Source: a virus. Taken from it: DNA of 64,000 nucleotides. The translations under genes were made by a program, and so were the position numbers. The DNA lies in the IMG/VR virus record IMGVR_UViG_3300032579_000010, positions 31,016 to 95,015 of that record. One strand, given 5' to 3'. This document shows positions 1 through 9,152 of this stretch, piece after piece. Below the pieces are notes generated by a model. That model did not search any database and was not told the origin of the DNA. It was given only the letters and a program-made list of their open reading frames with translations. Numbering within the stretch: position 1 is the stretch's first letter; each line of letters opens with the position of its first letter.

Positions 1-1164
1 GGTCAGCGAAGCGTTGAGGACGTTACCCAGTGTCGTAAACAACTTACCCAACGGACCAGTTGTATCAACAAACTTTCCGAACAGTTCGCTCAACGGTGTA
101 AGAACACTGGAAACCATTTTTGTTAATGGCTCAATGACCAGTTGCAAAGCAGGGAGAAGGTCTTGGGTCAGGAGTGTAAAGAATGGCTTAAACATGGTAA
201 AGATTTCACCTAATGTCTGTCCGATTGACGAACCCATACTTTGCATACTGATGCTTAGTTGTTCCAAGACTGGCTCAAGAGCCTGAACCAGTGTTCCAAG
301 AGTTGTTGCCAACGTGTCAAGAATAGGCAGGAACAACTTACCGAAGTCTTGGTACAAGATTTGGAAGTCGTTTTGTAGGCGCTCAACTGGCGACATAGCG
401 GCTTGGGCTGCTCCACCAATGTGCTTCTCGATGTCCTTCATAGTCAGTTCACGAGCGGCGTACAAACCGTTCGTCTTTTCCACTGACTTAATCTGGTTTT
501 GCTCAGCGTCAGAAAGGGTTACACCAAAGCGTGTCATGGCGCTCAAGTGCTTGGCAGGGTCGGTAAGCAATCGGTTGAGTGCTTTGGCCGCACCAGCCAT
601 ACTTCCCGAACCACCGCCACCGCCTTGGCTCATAACGGCTGATAAGTCACCAGCAGTTTGCGTTGCCAATAAAAGGTTGGCGTTCATACCCTTAAATGCA
701 CCACTTTGTACTTTCGCACCAGTGGTGAACATCTTTGCCATGTCCTGATTGGTCAGGAGCAGGGTTTGTGCCGAGGTGATTTGCTGGCGGTTAATACCAG
801 TCTGCAACGAGTACATCGTTGCCATACTCGCTAAGGTTGCTGAATAGTTTTCGTGCGTGATTGCGTCACGCTGGATGTCAAGAGATTGCAGTACCTTGGC
901 GTTTTTTACTTGGTCGCTAAGGATTGTCGCTTGAACGTTTTGCGCTGAAGCAAGTTTGGAGGCGGAATCAACAGCGCCTTCGATAGCGCCTACAAAACCA
1001 ATAAAACCAATGGTTTTGGTAAGAAACGAACCTACGTTTTTGAAGGCACCAAGAACTCTATCGGCGGAGTCGTTGGCGATTTGCTCAACCTGCGACATGG
1101 CACCTTTGAAGTTAGTAACGTCAGCACCGACGATATAACTGATTCTGTTAGTTTCTTCTGCCAT
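1..1164 (-). CDS. Tape measure protein, N-terminal part (runs off window)
   Basis: Not in ORF track. Open frame from ATG at 1164 (MAEETNRISYIVGADVTNFKGAMSQVEQ...) to the window edge; amphipathic Ala/Leu-rich helical sequence directly after the tail assembly chaperone. Confidence 0.85.
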   Translation of the reverse strand, partial: MAEETNRISYIVGADVTNFKGAMSQVEQIANDSADRVLGAFKNVGSFLTKTIGFIGFVGAIEGAVDSASKLASAQNVQATILSDQVKNAKVLQSLDIQRDAITHENYSATLASMATMYSLQTGINRQQITSAQTLLLTNQDMAKMFTTGAKVQSGAFKGMNANLLLATQTAGDLSAVMSQGGGGGSGSMAGAAKALNRLLTDPAKHLSAMTRFGVTLSDAEQNQIKSVEKTNGLYAARELTMKDIEKHIGGAAQAAMSPVERLQNDFQILYQDFGKLFLPILDTLATTLGTLVQALEPVLEQLSISMQSMGSSIGQTLGEIFTMFKPFFTLLTQDLLPALQLVIEPLTKMVSSVLTPLSELFGKFVDTTGPLGKLFTTLGNVLNASLT

Positions 1165-1188
1165 TTTTCACCGCCTCTCTCTGTGTTG

Positions 1189-1383
1189 CTAGTTGCTTCC
1201 CTTCATCGCTTGTTCTTGCTCGTATGCCCGTAACTTCCAAACCGCTTGCCACTCGACATACTCGCTAGACGAGAGAGGTCGGTGTGCTGGGGAGCCTTCT
1301 AATAACTCGCCAACCGTGCGCCCCAACTTCTCCGCTAGTTCGTAGATGAATCGTCTGTCTGGGTTGGCGATGAGTCTTTTCCC
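1189..1383 (-). CDS. Tail assembly chaperone GT extension (-1 frameshift frame)
   Basis: Slippery G GGA AAA at 1383-1377; -1 frame reads GKRLIANPDRRFIYELAEKLGRTVGELL...EYVEWQAVWKLRAYEQEQAMKGSN* to 1189. Confidence 0.85.
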   Translation of the reverse strand, partial: GKRLIANPDRRFIYELAEKLGRTVGELLEGSPAHRPLSSSEYVEWQAVWKLRAYEQEQAMKGSN

Positions 1384-1721
1384 GCTGCGTCAACAGCCCC
1401 CTCGCTCATACCCGACAGGTCCATAGCAACGTTGGCGATTTGCTCAATAGGAGCCGCCGACTTTGCCATAAGTGCCTCACGGTCACTCTCAAGGAAAACA
1501 CGCTCGCCTGTCTCAGGGTCGTAGGTGCATTGAATCACCAAATCGGGCAACGCTTGGCTTAGGTTTAACTTGCCGTCGTTTTCGATTGCGTCAGCAAGCA
1601 TCTGTGAGCGAGCCTTGGCGGTGAGTGCTTTCACTAGGACTTCAACGCCCCACGCATCTACGGTAATAGTGCGAGTAGCGATGTCGTCGGTAGCAAAAAT
1701 CTGCTGTGACAGGTTTGACAT
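1335..1721 (-). CDS. Tail assembly chaperone (G-like)
   Basis: 128 aa acidic protein between tail tube and tape measure genes; ends AGKD at a slippery site. Confidence 0.85.
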   Translation of the reverse strand: MSNLSQQIFATDDIATRTITVDAWGVEVLVKALTAKARSQMLADAIENDGKLNLSQALPDLVIQCTYDPETGERVFLESDREALMAKSAAPIEQIANVAMDLSGMSEGAVDAAGKDSSPTQTDDSSTN

Positions 1722-1752
1722 TAGGTGTCGGTTCTCCTTAGTTGGTTATTTC

Positions 1753-2442
1753 CTAGAGTGTAGTACGAGTGACGATGCCAGTGACTTGGATTTCACCATC
1801 GAACGTGATAACGCCATTGACACTGCTCTTGAGGTCATACTTGGTCGAGATACCCTGACCTAAGTACTTGATTGACGGGGTGACACCAGCAAAAGCGCCG
1901 GGGGTGGCAGGTCCGTAGCAGAACTGAATGAACGCACCAGTGTTTTGGAAGGCGTACAGGTCGTTCATAATCTGGTCAATACCACCAGAAGCGCCGTCCG
2001 AACCGCCGTAAGCGCTTGGGTCGTACATACCTGAGAACGTTAGGCTGTAGCCCTTCAGACCAACGATGTAGGACTTAACACCAGCGGCGTTAAACGTCGT
2101 GGTTTCCTGAGGCTCAACGTCCTGTGGAAAGCCAATGTCATTGATGTAGGGCGAAATGTTAATCATTGGCAGAACAACCGAACCGCTAGGTGCCGATGCT
2201 GAAACGCCCAGAGTGGTCGTCGTGCTTGGCGCAGAAGCCGAGTAGTTCGGTACGCCGTTGATAAACAGACCGTAGACCGAGCCACCAGCAACGATTGGCT
2301 CTTCAGTGTTCAGGATTGTGCCTGAACCCAGAGTGATAGAAGCCGAAGTGCCCGACAAAGTAGACGAGAGCGTCGAAGCAGTCGTTCCAATGTCGTACCC
2401 AAGGGCGAGAAATGCGTTCTTACCGTGCTGAAAAGTAGGCAT
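1753..2442 (-). CDS. Tail tube (major tail) protein paralog A
   Basis: ETTTFNAAGVKSYIVGLKGYSLTFSGMYD and YDLKSSVNGVITFDGEIQVTG motifs; lies just before the chaperone gene. Confidence 0.75.
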   Translation of the reverse strand: MPTFQHGKNAFLALGYDIGTTASTLSSTLSGTSASITLGSGTILNTEEPIVAGGSVYGLFINGVPNYSASAPSTTTTLGVSASAPSGSVVLPMINISPYINDIGFPQDVEPQETTTFNAAGVKSYIVGLKGYSLTFSGMYDPSAYGGSDGASGGIDQIMNDLYAFQNTGAFIQFCYGPATPGAFAGVTPSIKYLGQGISTKYDLKSSVNGVITFDGEIQVTGIVTRTTL

Positions 2443-2454
2443 GGTTGTTCCTTT

Positions 2455-3186
2455 CTAAAAACGGGCGAACCCGTAATAAATGTTGGCTGAGGCTCCTGAA
2501 CCGCTCAAAGTCCAGTTAAGACGTGTGTAGCGGTACAAGGTGGTTGGCAGTGATGCCGTGTTCACGATTTCAGTACCCACTGTGGTCAGGGCAGACGTGG
2601 CATTTACCCAAGTCGAGCCGTCCTGTGAGTGTTGCAATGTGACACTAAACGTTCCCGTCAAAGAGAGAACGCCGATGACGACCAACCCACCACGAGTGGT
2701 TGAGCCAAAGCCGTCAAGCGAAGTCGTACTTCCGTTGCCAGAAGTGGTGATTACCTGACCACGAGCACTCCAAACGCCATGGTCTGCCTGAACTTCTGCG
2801 TCTACGGCGACTACGCCAGACACAGGTGATTTCAAGTCGTACTTGGTTTGGATTCCCTGAGCGACGTAGCAACGTTCGTTCTGGGTGTTGCCACCTTGGG
2901 GGAATACAAGGATTGCCTCGTCAGCAGTGTTGCCAATGGCAGTGGTCAAGATTGCGTCAACACCGCTTGAGGTGCCGTCGTAGAAGCCAGACAAGGTGAA
3001 GTTGCCGTCACGCAAGCCGGGGATGTAGGACTTAACGCCAGCCTGATTGAAGGTTGTTACTTCCGTCGCCTCAACGTCGTTGGTGATTGACACGTCGTTA
3101 AAGAAAGGTGAGAGGTCGTAGCAGGCATTTGCCGTGGGGTTAGTAAAGAGGACTTTAGTATTCTTACCATGTACAAAACTAACCAT
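2455..3186 (-). CDS. Tail tube protein paralog B with C-terminal extra domain
   Basis: EVTTFNQAGVKSYIPGLRDGNFTLSGFYD and YDLKSPVSGVVAVDAEVQ motifs match paralog A; about 100 aa beta-rich C-terminal extension. Confidence 0.7.
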   Translation of the reverse strand: MVSFVHGKNTKVLFTNPTANACYDLSPFFNDVSITNDVEATEVTTFNQAGVKSYIPGLRDGNFTLSGFYDGTSSGVDAILTTAIGNTADEAILVFPQGGNTQNERCYVAQGIQTKYDLKSPVSGVVAVDAEVQADHGVWSARGQVITTSGNGSTTSLDGFGSTTRGGLVVIGVLSLTGTFSVTLQHSQDGSTWVNATSALTTVGTEIVNTASLPTTLYRYTRLNWTLSGSGASANIYYGFARF

Positions 3187-3416
3187 TAGTTACCCCCGTT
3201 AGTTTCGTCAGAGACAGGCTCAGAAGGCGTTTCTGAGGCTTCTGGGGCGTTTTCAGTAGGCGTGTTAGGCGCTGGAGCGATAAAGCCGTCAGCAAGCAAC
3301 CAAGTGATTGACTCACCGGGCAAGTCCGTAACAGTTTCACCACGAGCAGCGGTTTTCCCGTTGTAGTGCAAATCTGACTTTTTCGTGATGATGTACGCCA
3401 CTTTGGACTTCGCCAT
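3186..3416 (-). CDS. Small virion-associated hypothetical protein
   Basis: Likely start MAKSK at 3416 after GAAAGG RBS; GETVTDLP...WLLADGFI short domain plus acidic tail. Confidence 0.55.
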   Translation of the reverse strand: MAKSKVAYIITKKSDLHYNGKTAARGETVTDLPGESITWLLADGFIAPAPNTPTENAPEASETPSEPVSDETNGGN

Positions 3417-3446
3417 TGTCTGCCTTTCGGGAGTCGCCTTACCGCA

Positions 3447-3456
3447 AAATGCTACC
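3447..3456 (-). promoter_or_regulatory. GGTAGCATTT putative -10 promoter element
   Basis: Same motif lies upstream of genes at 52847, 54103 and 57640. Confidence 0.55.
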
Positions 3457-3487
3457 ACCGAAAATCAAAATCTCCCTTGGTGGGGGT

Positions 3488-3778
3488 CTAGTCCTCGTCC
3501 TCGTCCTTGGTGCGACGCTTGCGCTTGGTCTTGGGAACAATCTTGGTCACACGGTCAGGGTAAAACGCCCTAAATGTGGTGTTTCCGTTGGTTCCGCCAT
3601 AGACAATGACAGCGATTACCTCTTCGTCCTTGACGTGAGTGTGCTTAAACACGAAAGCGCCAAGTTGCCCCTTGACCTTTACTGGGTCGTCAGGGTTGAT
3701 TTCGCCCCAAACTTCCTCTTTGTGCCAAGAAGGTGTGTAGTTGGGTTCAATAACCGACGACACATTGCGTCTTGCCAT
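3488..3778 (-). CDS. Hypothetical protein (SH3-like small beta domain, basic/acidic tail)
   Basis: ORF with AGGAGA RBS and its own TGcTAAACT promoter-like element. Confidence 0.6.
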   Translation of the reverse strand: MARRNVSSVIEPNYTPSWHKEEVWGEINPDDPVKVKGQLGAFVFKHTHVKDEEVIAVIVYGGTNGNTTFRAFYPDRVTKIVPKTKRKRRTKDEDED

Positions 3779-3847
3779 GTTGTATCTCCTAGTCAGTTGG
3801 CGCTAAATGGCAGTTTAGCATAAGCCAGTAGCGCAAACAGGGATACA

Positions 3848-4042
3848 TTACTTCGTTATTACAACTCCGCAGTCACAGACAAGCGAAGTGCCAGTCATTG
3901 TCGTTACTTCGACGGTGTTTTCGTGCTTACAAGCATCTGGTGGCGACAGTAGTTTCTCTACTGCGTTCAGCGCCTCAAGAGAAGCCTCGTTACTGCGCTT
4001 GGCTGCTCGTATGCACTCTAAGACAAGTTCTAGTTCGCTCAC
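3848..4042 (-). CDS. Small hypothetical protein with CxH..CxC putative Zn site
   Basis: Overlaps upstream gene by 4 nt; CKHEN...VCDCG. Confidence 0.55.
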   Translation of the reverse strand: MSELELVLECIRAAKRSNEASLEALNAVEKLLSPPDACKHENTVEVTTMTGTSLVCDCGVVITK

Positions 4043-4467
4043 TGCTGAACCATAACTCGAAAGTTTGTTACAAAGCGAGGACGGTTTACTTCGTCATACG
4101 CCAAGAGGTTTGGTGTTCCCGTCGGCTCGAAGCGCAGGATGTCAATACCGTCAATCACGGTTTCCTGAGTGATTCCACCAAGTATCTGGCGAATCTGCTC
4201 GGCTAGGTCGTAAGCGCCGGGGTAGTCCTCAGGGTTGCCACGAACAAGGATTTGGACACGAGGGTGCTCAATCGCACTGACAGCGGTACCCATTGTGAAA
4301 GAAGGCGGTGTTCCCAAGTACTGCTGAACAAGGACAACTTGATTTGGTGCCTCGGCAGGAAGGCGACCAAGAAACAAGTTAACGCCAAGGGTGAGTTGTT
4401 GATTGGACGGCAATGAAGCGGTTTGGGCTGGCAGGTATTGTCCGATTGCGTCAAGAAGTGTTGTCAT
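4039..4467 (-). CDS. Tail terminator / tail completion protein
   Basis: NLFLGRLP...EHPRVQILVRG...YDEVNRPRFVTNF motifs; neck gene position. Confidence 0.75.
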   Translation of the reverse strand: MTTLLDAIGQYLPAQTASLPSNQQLTLGVNLFLGRLPAEAPNQVVLVQQYLGTPPSFTMGTAVSAIEHPRVQILVRGNPEDYPGAYDLAEQIRQILGGITQETVIDGIDILRFEPTGTPNLLAYDEVNRPRFVTNFRVMVQQ

Positions 4468-4973
4468 TATTCGCCCGTCATTTCACTAGAAGTTGTATCC
4501 ATAAAGTCGTCATTGGGTTCCGTCAGGTCGTTACTAATGCTACCTGAGCCACCTTTGGTGCCAAATCCGTGAGAACTCAGTACTTGGGCAATACGGGATT
4601 TTATTTCAGCAAAGAGGTTGTTTTCATTTTGCGCCATTGGCGTTTCTAGGTATTTTGCCTGAGTTGGAGCGGCGTGAGCGTTCTGTAGTTCCTCGTGGAC
4701 ATAAACGGCATAATCAACAATGTCATTGCCGTACTGTATAGAAACTTGTTCTTTGTTTTGCCCAGCAACTTCGTTAGTAATCAACTGACCAGAATCACGC
4801 AAAGCACCAGTTTTCACTGGAACTAACTCTTGGCTTTCCTCAAAAATCTTTGTCATTACCTTCATAGAACCCTGCCTGAACGCCGAGAGTGCCTCTTTGT
4901 GAAGGTTATTTTTGTTGTACTTGAGCGCCTGAACGCTTTTGTCGTCCAGTTTGATGCTTATGTCCTTAGCCAC
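4467..4973 (-). CDS. HK97 gp10-like neck/tail completion protein
   Basis: SQELVPVKTGALRDSG...YAVYVHE...QAKYLETP. Confidence 0.8.
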   Translation of the reverse strand: MAKDISIKLDDKSVQALKYNKNNLHKEALSAFRQGSMKVMTKIFEESQELVPVKTGALRDSGQLITNEVAGQNKEQVSIQYGNDIVDYAVYVHEELQNAHAAPTQAKYLETPMAQNENNLFAEIKSRIAQVLSSHGFGTKGGSGSISNDLTEPNDDFMDTTSSEMTGE

Positions 4974-4983
4974 TTTCCACCAC

Positions 4984-5397
4984 CTACTCGAAGTGGAGGA
5001 CTGTGTTGTATCCCATCAAGCCTGTTTCGTCGTAGTTGTTCTCGACGTACATAAGGATTGGGTTTCGTAGGGCTGGCTGTGTTTGGCTGGGAACCGTTAC
5101 TCGTGCTTCAGTGGTGATTTGCGGATAAAACCCGTCAAGATACGCACGTCCGCTACTTACACGGTCACGTCCGTCCACCGTGGCAAGAACCTTGATTTCG
5201 TACTCAAGGCGGCACTTAATAATGTGACTTGAGCCGTATTCCACCAAAGAGTCGCTAGTCCCGTCAGATTCGATGTAGTGACGACCATACCCGTCAAGAA
5301 CCGCAGGGGCACTTTGACCCGTTGCGTTAGGGGTCGCCACGATGATTTCCACCATAATCTCTTGGGTCATCATGGCGAGAAGGTCTTGGTCAATCAT
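4984..5397 (-). CDS. Head closure / stopper protein
   Basis: DGYG motif, size and position between adaptor and gp10-like gene. Confidence 0.6.
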   Translation of the reverse strand: MIDQDLLAMMTQEIMVEIIVATPNATGQSAPAVLDGYGRHYIESDGTSDSLVEYGSSHIIKCRLEYEIKVLATVDGRDRVSSGRAYLDGFYPQITTEARVTVPSQTQPALRNPILMYVENNYDETGLMGYNTVLHFE

Positions 5398-5900
5398 TAC
5401 AGGTCGCTATCTATAGTCATACCGATTCCTTCACCCTCGTATTCGGGGTTGGAACCAGTGCCATACGTCGTTGATACACCCAAAGCCGAGTCGCTGGGCC
5501 ATGAGTTCGGCATGAGCCAGTAAGGGTCAAGACCACCAACAACCAGTTCAGCACCAAGAGCGCTAGGATTGGCGTTGGGCATTGGCGTATTGACACGGCG
5601 TGAGCGTTGTAGCAGTTCCATGCTGAGCGCCTTGTAGCGAGAAGCACGGTCACCATAGGACTTGCTCAGGTCAAGACCACCAACCGTCTTGCTCTCACTC
5701 TGGGCAAGACCTACAAAGGTAGCGGCGATGTTGGAGCAGGCGTTGGCGGCGGCTCGATACGGCTCGTTATTCACCTCAGCCAAGCACCAAGCGATTTCCT
5801 CGTCCTGAAGCAACTGCTCGCCAGCGTTTGTATCGCCAATCAGAAAGCGAACAGCGTCCTTAGGCGAGTTGGTTGGGTCTTCTGAGTAAGTCCAAGACAT
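5397..5900 (-). CDS. Head-tail adaptor protein
   Basis: Likely start MSWTYSEDP; DAVRFLIGDT...LLQDEEI...VGGLDLSKSY motif. Confidence 0.75.
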   Translation of the reverse strand: MSWTYSEDPTNSPKDAVRFLIGDTNAGEQLLQDEEIAWCLAEVNNEPYRAAANACSNIAATFVGLAQSESKTVGGLDLSKSYGDRASRYKALSMELLQRSRRVNTPMPNANPSALGAELVVGGLDPYWLMPNSWPSDSALGVSTTYGTGSNPEYEGEGIGMTIDSDL

Positions 5901-5904
5901 TTCA

Positions 5905-6231
5905 CTACTCCAATACTGAGGCATCTATGCGCATTGTGCCGGTCATAATGCGTGAGTGCCCCGTGTTGTTCGTTGCTGTTAGTTGGATGTACCACATACC
6001 GGGTGTGAGTACGGCAAGTTCGTTGGGTGCCCATTCGACAAACAAGTTGGGGTTGGTCGAGAGTCCAACGAATCCAGTTGTCTTGGTTATTTTGGCAAGA
6101 GAAGGCGGTTGCCCCACGGTCATCTTGAACGTCCAGCCTTGGCTGAGGTCAATGGTGTTGCCGTTTGTATCAACCCAATGGAACTGGGCGGCTGGGAGGC
6201 TGGCGGCGTTGGTGGGGTAGTGGATTGTCAT
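5905..6231 (-). CDS. Virion structural protein (BppU-N-like Ig fold)
   Basis: DTNGNTIDLSQGWTFKMTV...LTPGMWYIQLTAT...GTMRI pattern. Confidence 0.5.
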   Translation of the reverse strand: MTIHYPTNAASLPAAQFHWVDTNGNTIDLSQGWTFKMTVGQPPSLAKITKTTGFVGLSTNPNLFVEWAPNELAVLTPGMWYIQLTATNNTGHSRIMTGTMRIDASVLE

Positions 6232-6950
6232 TAGTAACCTTCTTGAGTCTTTCCTGTCTCAAAGTATGCGATTGAACCCTTGTTAGGCAGGTCTTCTGGG
6301 TAAGAAGTTTCGTCGTCATTGAATGAGGCTGTAATACTATCCTCACCGCTGATAGTTAGCGCCTCGCTCAACTGCTCGTAGTCATTGAGCGTCGGCAACA
6401 ACATTATTTCAGCAATGTCGGAACTACGCAGGTAGTTGACTTGCTTTTCATCTTGGGCGTATTGAGTCTCTACCGCCGTGCCGACCATTTCACCACGAAC
6501 AATGTTGGTAAGTCGGTATTCGCTCTGGTTGCTGAGTTTCTCGGTGACAACCTCGAAGGCAAGTAGGTTTGCTCGCTTGGTGACGGCGGTGACCAGTTTG
6601 GCTTTCGCCTCGCTGAACTCCTTGAGGGCAACTTTGCGCACTGATTCTGACGCTAGTTTTCCCCTAAGTTCCGAACCGGCTACGAACACGGCTTTCTTGG
6701 CGGTTTGAACGCTCTCTCGCTGGGCGTTTTCAGTACGACGCAAGTAGGACAGACGGCGTGAAGTAGAAATGTCCTGCTTCTGGTGTGACGATGAGCCAGC
6801 GAAGTAGGTGTGGTAGGTACGCCCGTAGCCCAAAGCGGAACCGTTAAGGAACGAGTCGCTGATTTGCAATGTGTAACGGTAGGCAAAACCGTCAAAATAG
6901 AAGGTATCCACGCCACCGAAGGGTCGGGTGATTGCGTAGTTTGAAGCCAT
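6231..6950 (-). CDS. Hypothetical protein, probably structural
   Basis: 239 aa ORF with RBS, coupled to the next gene. Confidence 0.55.
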   Translation of the reverse strand: MASNYAITRPFGGVDTFYFDGFAYRYTLQISDSFLNGSALGYGRTYHTYFAGSSSHQKQDISTSRRLSYLRRTENAQRESVQTAKKAVFVAGSELRGKLASESVRKVALKEFSEAKAKLVTAVTKRANLLAFEVVTEKLSNQSEYRLTNIVRGEMVGTAVETQYAQDEKQVNYLRSSDIAEIMLLPTLNDYEQLSEALTISGEDSITASFNDDETSYPEDLPNKGSIAYFETGKTQEGY

Positions 6951-7021
6951 GTAGCACCGTTCCTTCTAGTGGGGATTTCACCACCAGTTTAGAACAGGTT
7001 TGCTTTTACGCCGTTGTGAGA

Positions 7022-7804
7022 TTATGCCTCTACATCCTCTGGTTTGTTCCTGCCAACGGCTATTTGATGTTCAGGAAACGGGTTTCCCCAAGCGTCCAAA
7101 CCACGGAAATAAAGGCGACCTGCTTCGTGGGGTTTTGTTTTGTCTTCGTTGCCACGAAGCCGTGAGAACTCACGAACCGTAGCCGCCTCGGCGGTGATTT
7201 GTTCCTCGCTAAACATTTCGTCGGCATAGACCATTGAGAACTCGTCAGCGAAGTGACGTGGAACCATTACAAAAGCACCGATTGGCTCACCTTTGCGGAA
7301 GTGGATGTCAAGGTTCGGCTCCGTGATTTTGAGGTTGAACGTGAAGTCTCGCCTTAGGTTGTCAGTTTCCACCACCCCCGTCATATGGGTAATGCCACGC
7401 TTAAAGAAGTTGGGTGGGTTGATAGTCATAATGTTCACGCCAATGGGGGTGCGAATGTGCCAGTTGTTTTGTACCGTAAAAATGCCAGAACCAAAGTGTC
7501 CCTCGTAGTTCTGAATGGGGTTTTCCACCTTTTGCCAGTCAACGGTTACGTCCGTATTTGCGTCGCCCCCGTTCCAACGAACAGTCAAGTCAGTTTCAGC
7601 ACGGACGACAAACCCGTACTGGTTGCCAATGGCTAGCGGTAGGCAGTAATAGAAGTGCGAGTTAAACCAATCACGACGACGCTGACCAGCCAACGGCTCT
7701 AACAACTTGCTGATGCGTTCTTTGCTCTTGCCGTATTCGGGCAAGACGACCATTGTTTTCTCTGGGATTTCAGCACCAGACTCGTTGATGGCAGTCTCGT
7801 TCAT
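7022..7804 (-). CDS. DUF6065-like protein (paralog 1)
   Basis: RRDWF..HFYYCLPLAIGNQYGFVV, PPNFFKRG...GVVETD, FTFNLKIT, KGEPI motifs. Confidence 0.7.
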   Translation of the reverse strand: MNETAINESGAEIPEKTMVVLPEYGKSKERISKLLEPLAGQRRRDWFNSHFYYCLPLAIGNQYGFVVRAETDLTVRWNGGDANTDVTVDWQKVENPIQNYEGHFGSGIFTVQNNWHIRTPIGVNIMTINPPNFFKRGITHMTGVVETDNLRRDFTFNLKITEPNLDIHFRKGEPIGAFVMVPRHFADEFSMVYADEMFSEEQITAEAATVREFSRLRGNEDKTKPHEAGRLYFRGLDAWGNPFPEHQIAVGRNKPEDVEA

Positions 7805-8559
7805 TTTTTGGGCTTTCTTATGAATACTTGGTGGTCGCTAAAAGGGTTTTCAAATGCGTCAACCCCACGTCGGTAATGGTTTTCAGGACTACCGGGGATA
7901 GAGCGCAGTCTGTCGTGTTCGTCTCCCGATGACAACTCGGTGGCGATTTCATCAGGCGTGTAAAACTCGTCCGCAAAGTGTAGCGAGAAACTATCTACAA
8001 AGTACCTAGGAATCAGTATGAACGAGGCTATCGGCTCACCCTTTTTGAAGTGAATAAGCAAATCTGGCTCGGTGATTTTTAGATTAAAAATGAAGTTCCG
8101 ACGCAGATTGTCCGTCTCTATTACCCCAGTCATGTGGTGAACGCCACGCTTGAACCAGTTGGGTGGCTGTACGGTCATAAGGTTCACGCCGAGTGGTGTC
8201 CGTAGCAACCAGCGATGCTCGATAGTTACTGTAGCCCAGCCAAAATGTGATTTGTATTCTTGTACGTCATTCCACTGTTGGTCATGTAACACCTCTACGT
8301 CGTCTGGCGTGTTTCCACCATTCCATAGTACGGAGAAGTCGTTTTCCGCCCTTATGACAAAGCCGTATTGGTTGCCAATAAGCATTGGAAGGCAACGAAA
8401 CATAGAGCCTGACATCCAATCACGTTTCTTTTCACCAACCAAAGGCTGTAGAAGTTCCAAACAACGTTGCTTCTCCTCTTCGCCCGTCAAGTAGGGAATA
8501 AGCAACAAAGTATTTTCGGGAATCTCTTTGCCCTCTGAGTTGATAATGGGCTGGCTCAT
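7801..8559 (-). CDS. DUF6065-like protein (paralog 2)
   Basis: KRDWM...RCLPMLIGNQYGFVI; closely similar to 7022..7804 over its whole length. Confidence 0.7.
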   Translation of the reverse strand: MSQPIINSEGKEIPENTLLLIPYLTGEEEKQRCLELLQPLVGEKKRDWMSGSMFRCLPMLIGNQYGFVIRAENDFSVLWNGGNTPDDVEVLHDQQWNDVQEYKSHFGWATVTIEHRWLLRTPLGVNLMTVQPPNWFKRGVHHMTGVIETDNLRRNFIFNLKITEPDLLIHFKKGEPIASFILIPRYFVDSFSLHFADEFYTPDEIATELSSGDEHDRLRSIPGSPENHYRRGVDAFENPFSDHQVFIRKPKK

Positions 8560-9152
8560 TTGGAAAGGGAATCCGCCATTGTTGGGTCAAAGCACCAGAA
8601 ACCAGCGCAGGTATAGCGAGTGGCGTTTTTCACCTGACGAACCCCGTGCAACCACTCGGTTGTGCCGGGGAAACTCACCATCATTCCCGGCTCGCCAATG
8701 ACTTCCATATCTTGATTGGGGAAGTAAGTTCCACCACCCTCGTAATCGTCGTTCAAATAAATGATTGAGGCGTACCTGCGCCAAGGGTAGGGGTTTGGTG
8801 AACCGTCAGGTTCCTCTGCGTCAGCGTGGGGTGGCTGTTCCGTACCTTCGGGCCAACGAACCAGTTGAAAGGTGTCGGTGTACAAGGGTAGTGTGAGTTG
8901 CCGTGTTACCGTAATGTGGTCACGGATTCGTTTGTGAATGTCAACAAGGGTTTCGTAGACCTTTATTGAACGTTGGTCATTTTTTATTTCACCAAAACGA
9001 CCAATCGTGTTGGCGAACATCGCCCTGCCGTTCCAAAAAGGCTGGTCTGGTGAAGACCAATCCCACTGGTCGTGAGAGTACTCGCTCTTAGCGTGGTCGA
9101 GAAGGATTTTCACCTCGTCCTCGCTAATGAAGTTTGGGTTGACAGAAATCAT
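8556..9152 (-). CDS. 2OG-Fe(II) oxygenase (prolyl 4-hydroxylase-like)
   Basis: HAD...ASIIYLNDDYEGGGTYF...HGVRQV...RY: HxD..H iron triad plus Arg. Confidence 0.9.
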   Translation of the reverse strand: MISVNPNFISEDEVKILLDHAKSEYSHDQWDWSSPDQPFWNGRAMFANTIGRFGEIKNDQRSIKVYETLVDIHKRIRDHITVTRQLTLPLYTDTFQLVRWPEGTEQPPHADAEEPDGSPNPYPWRRYASIIYLNDDYEGGGTYFPNQDMEVIGEPGMMVSFPGTTEWLHGVRQVKNATRYTCAGFWCFDPTMADSLSK

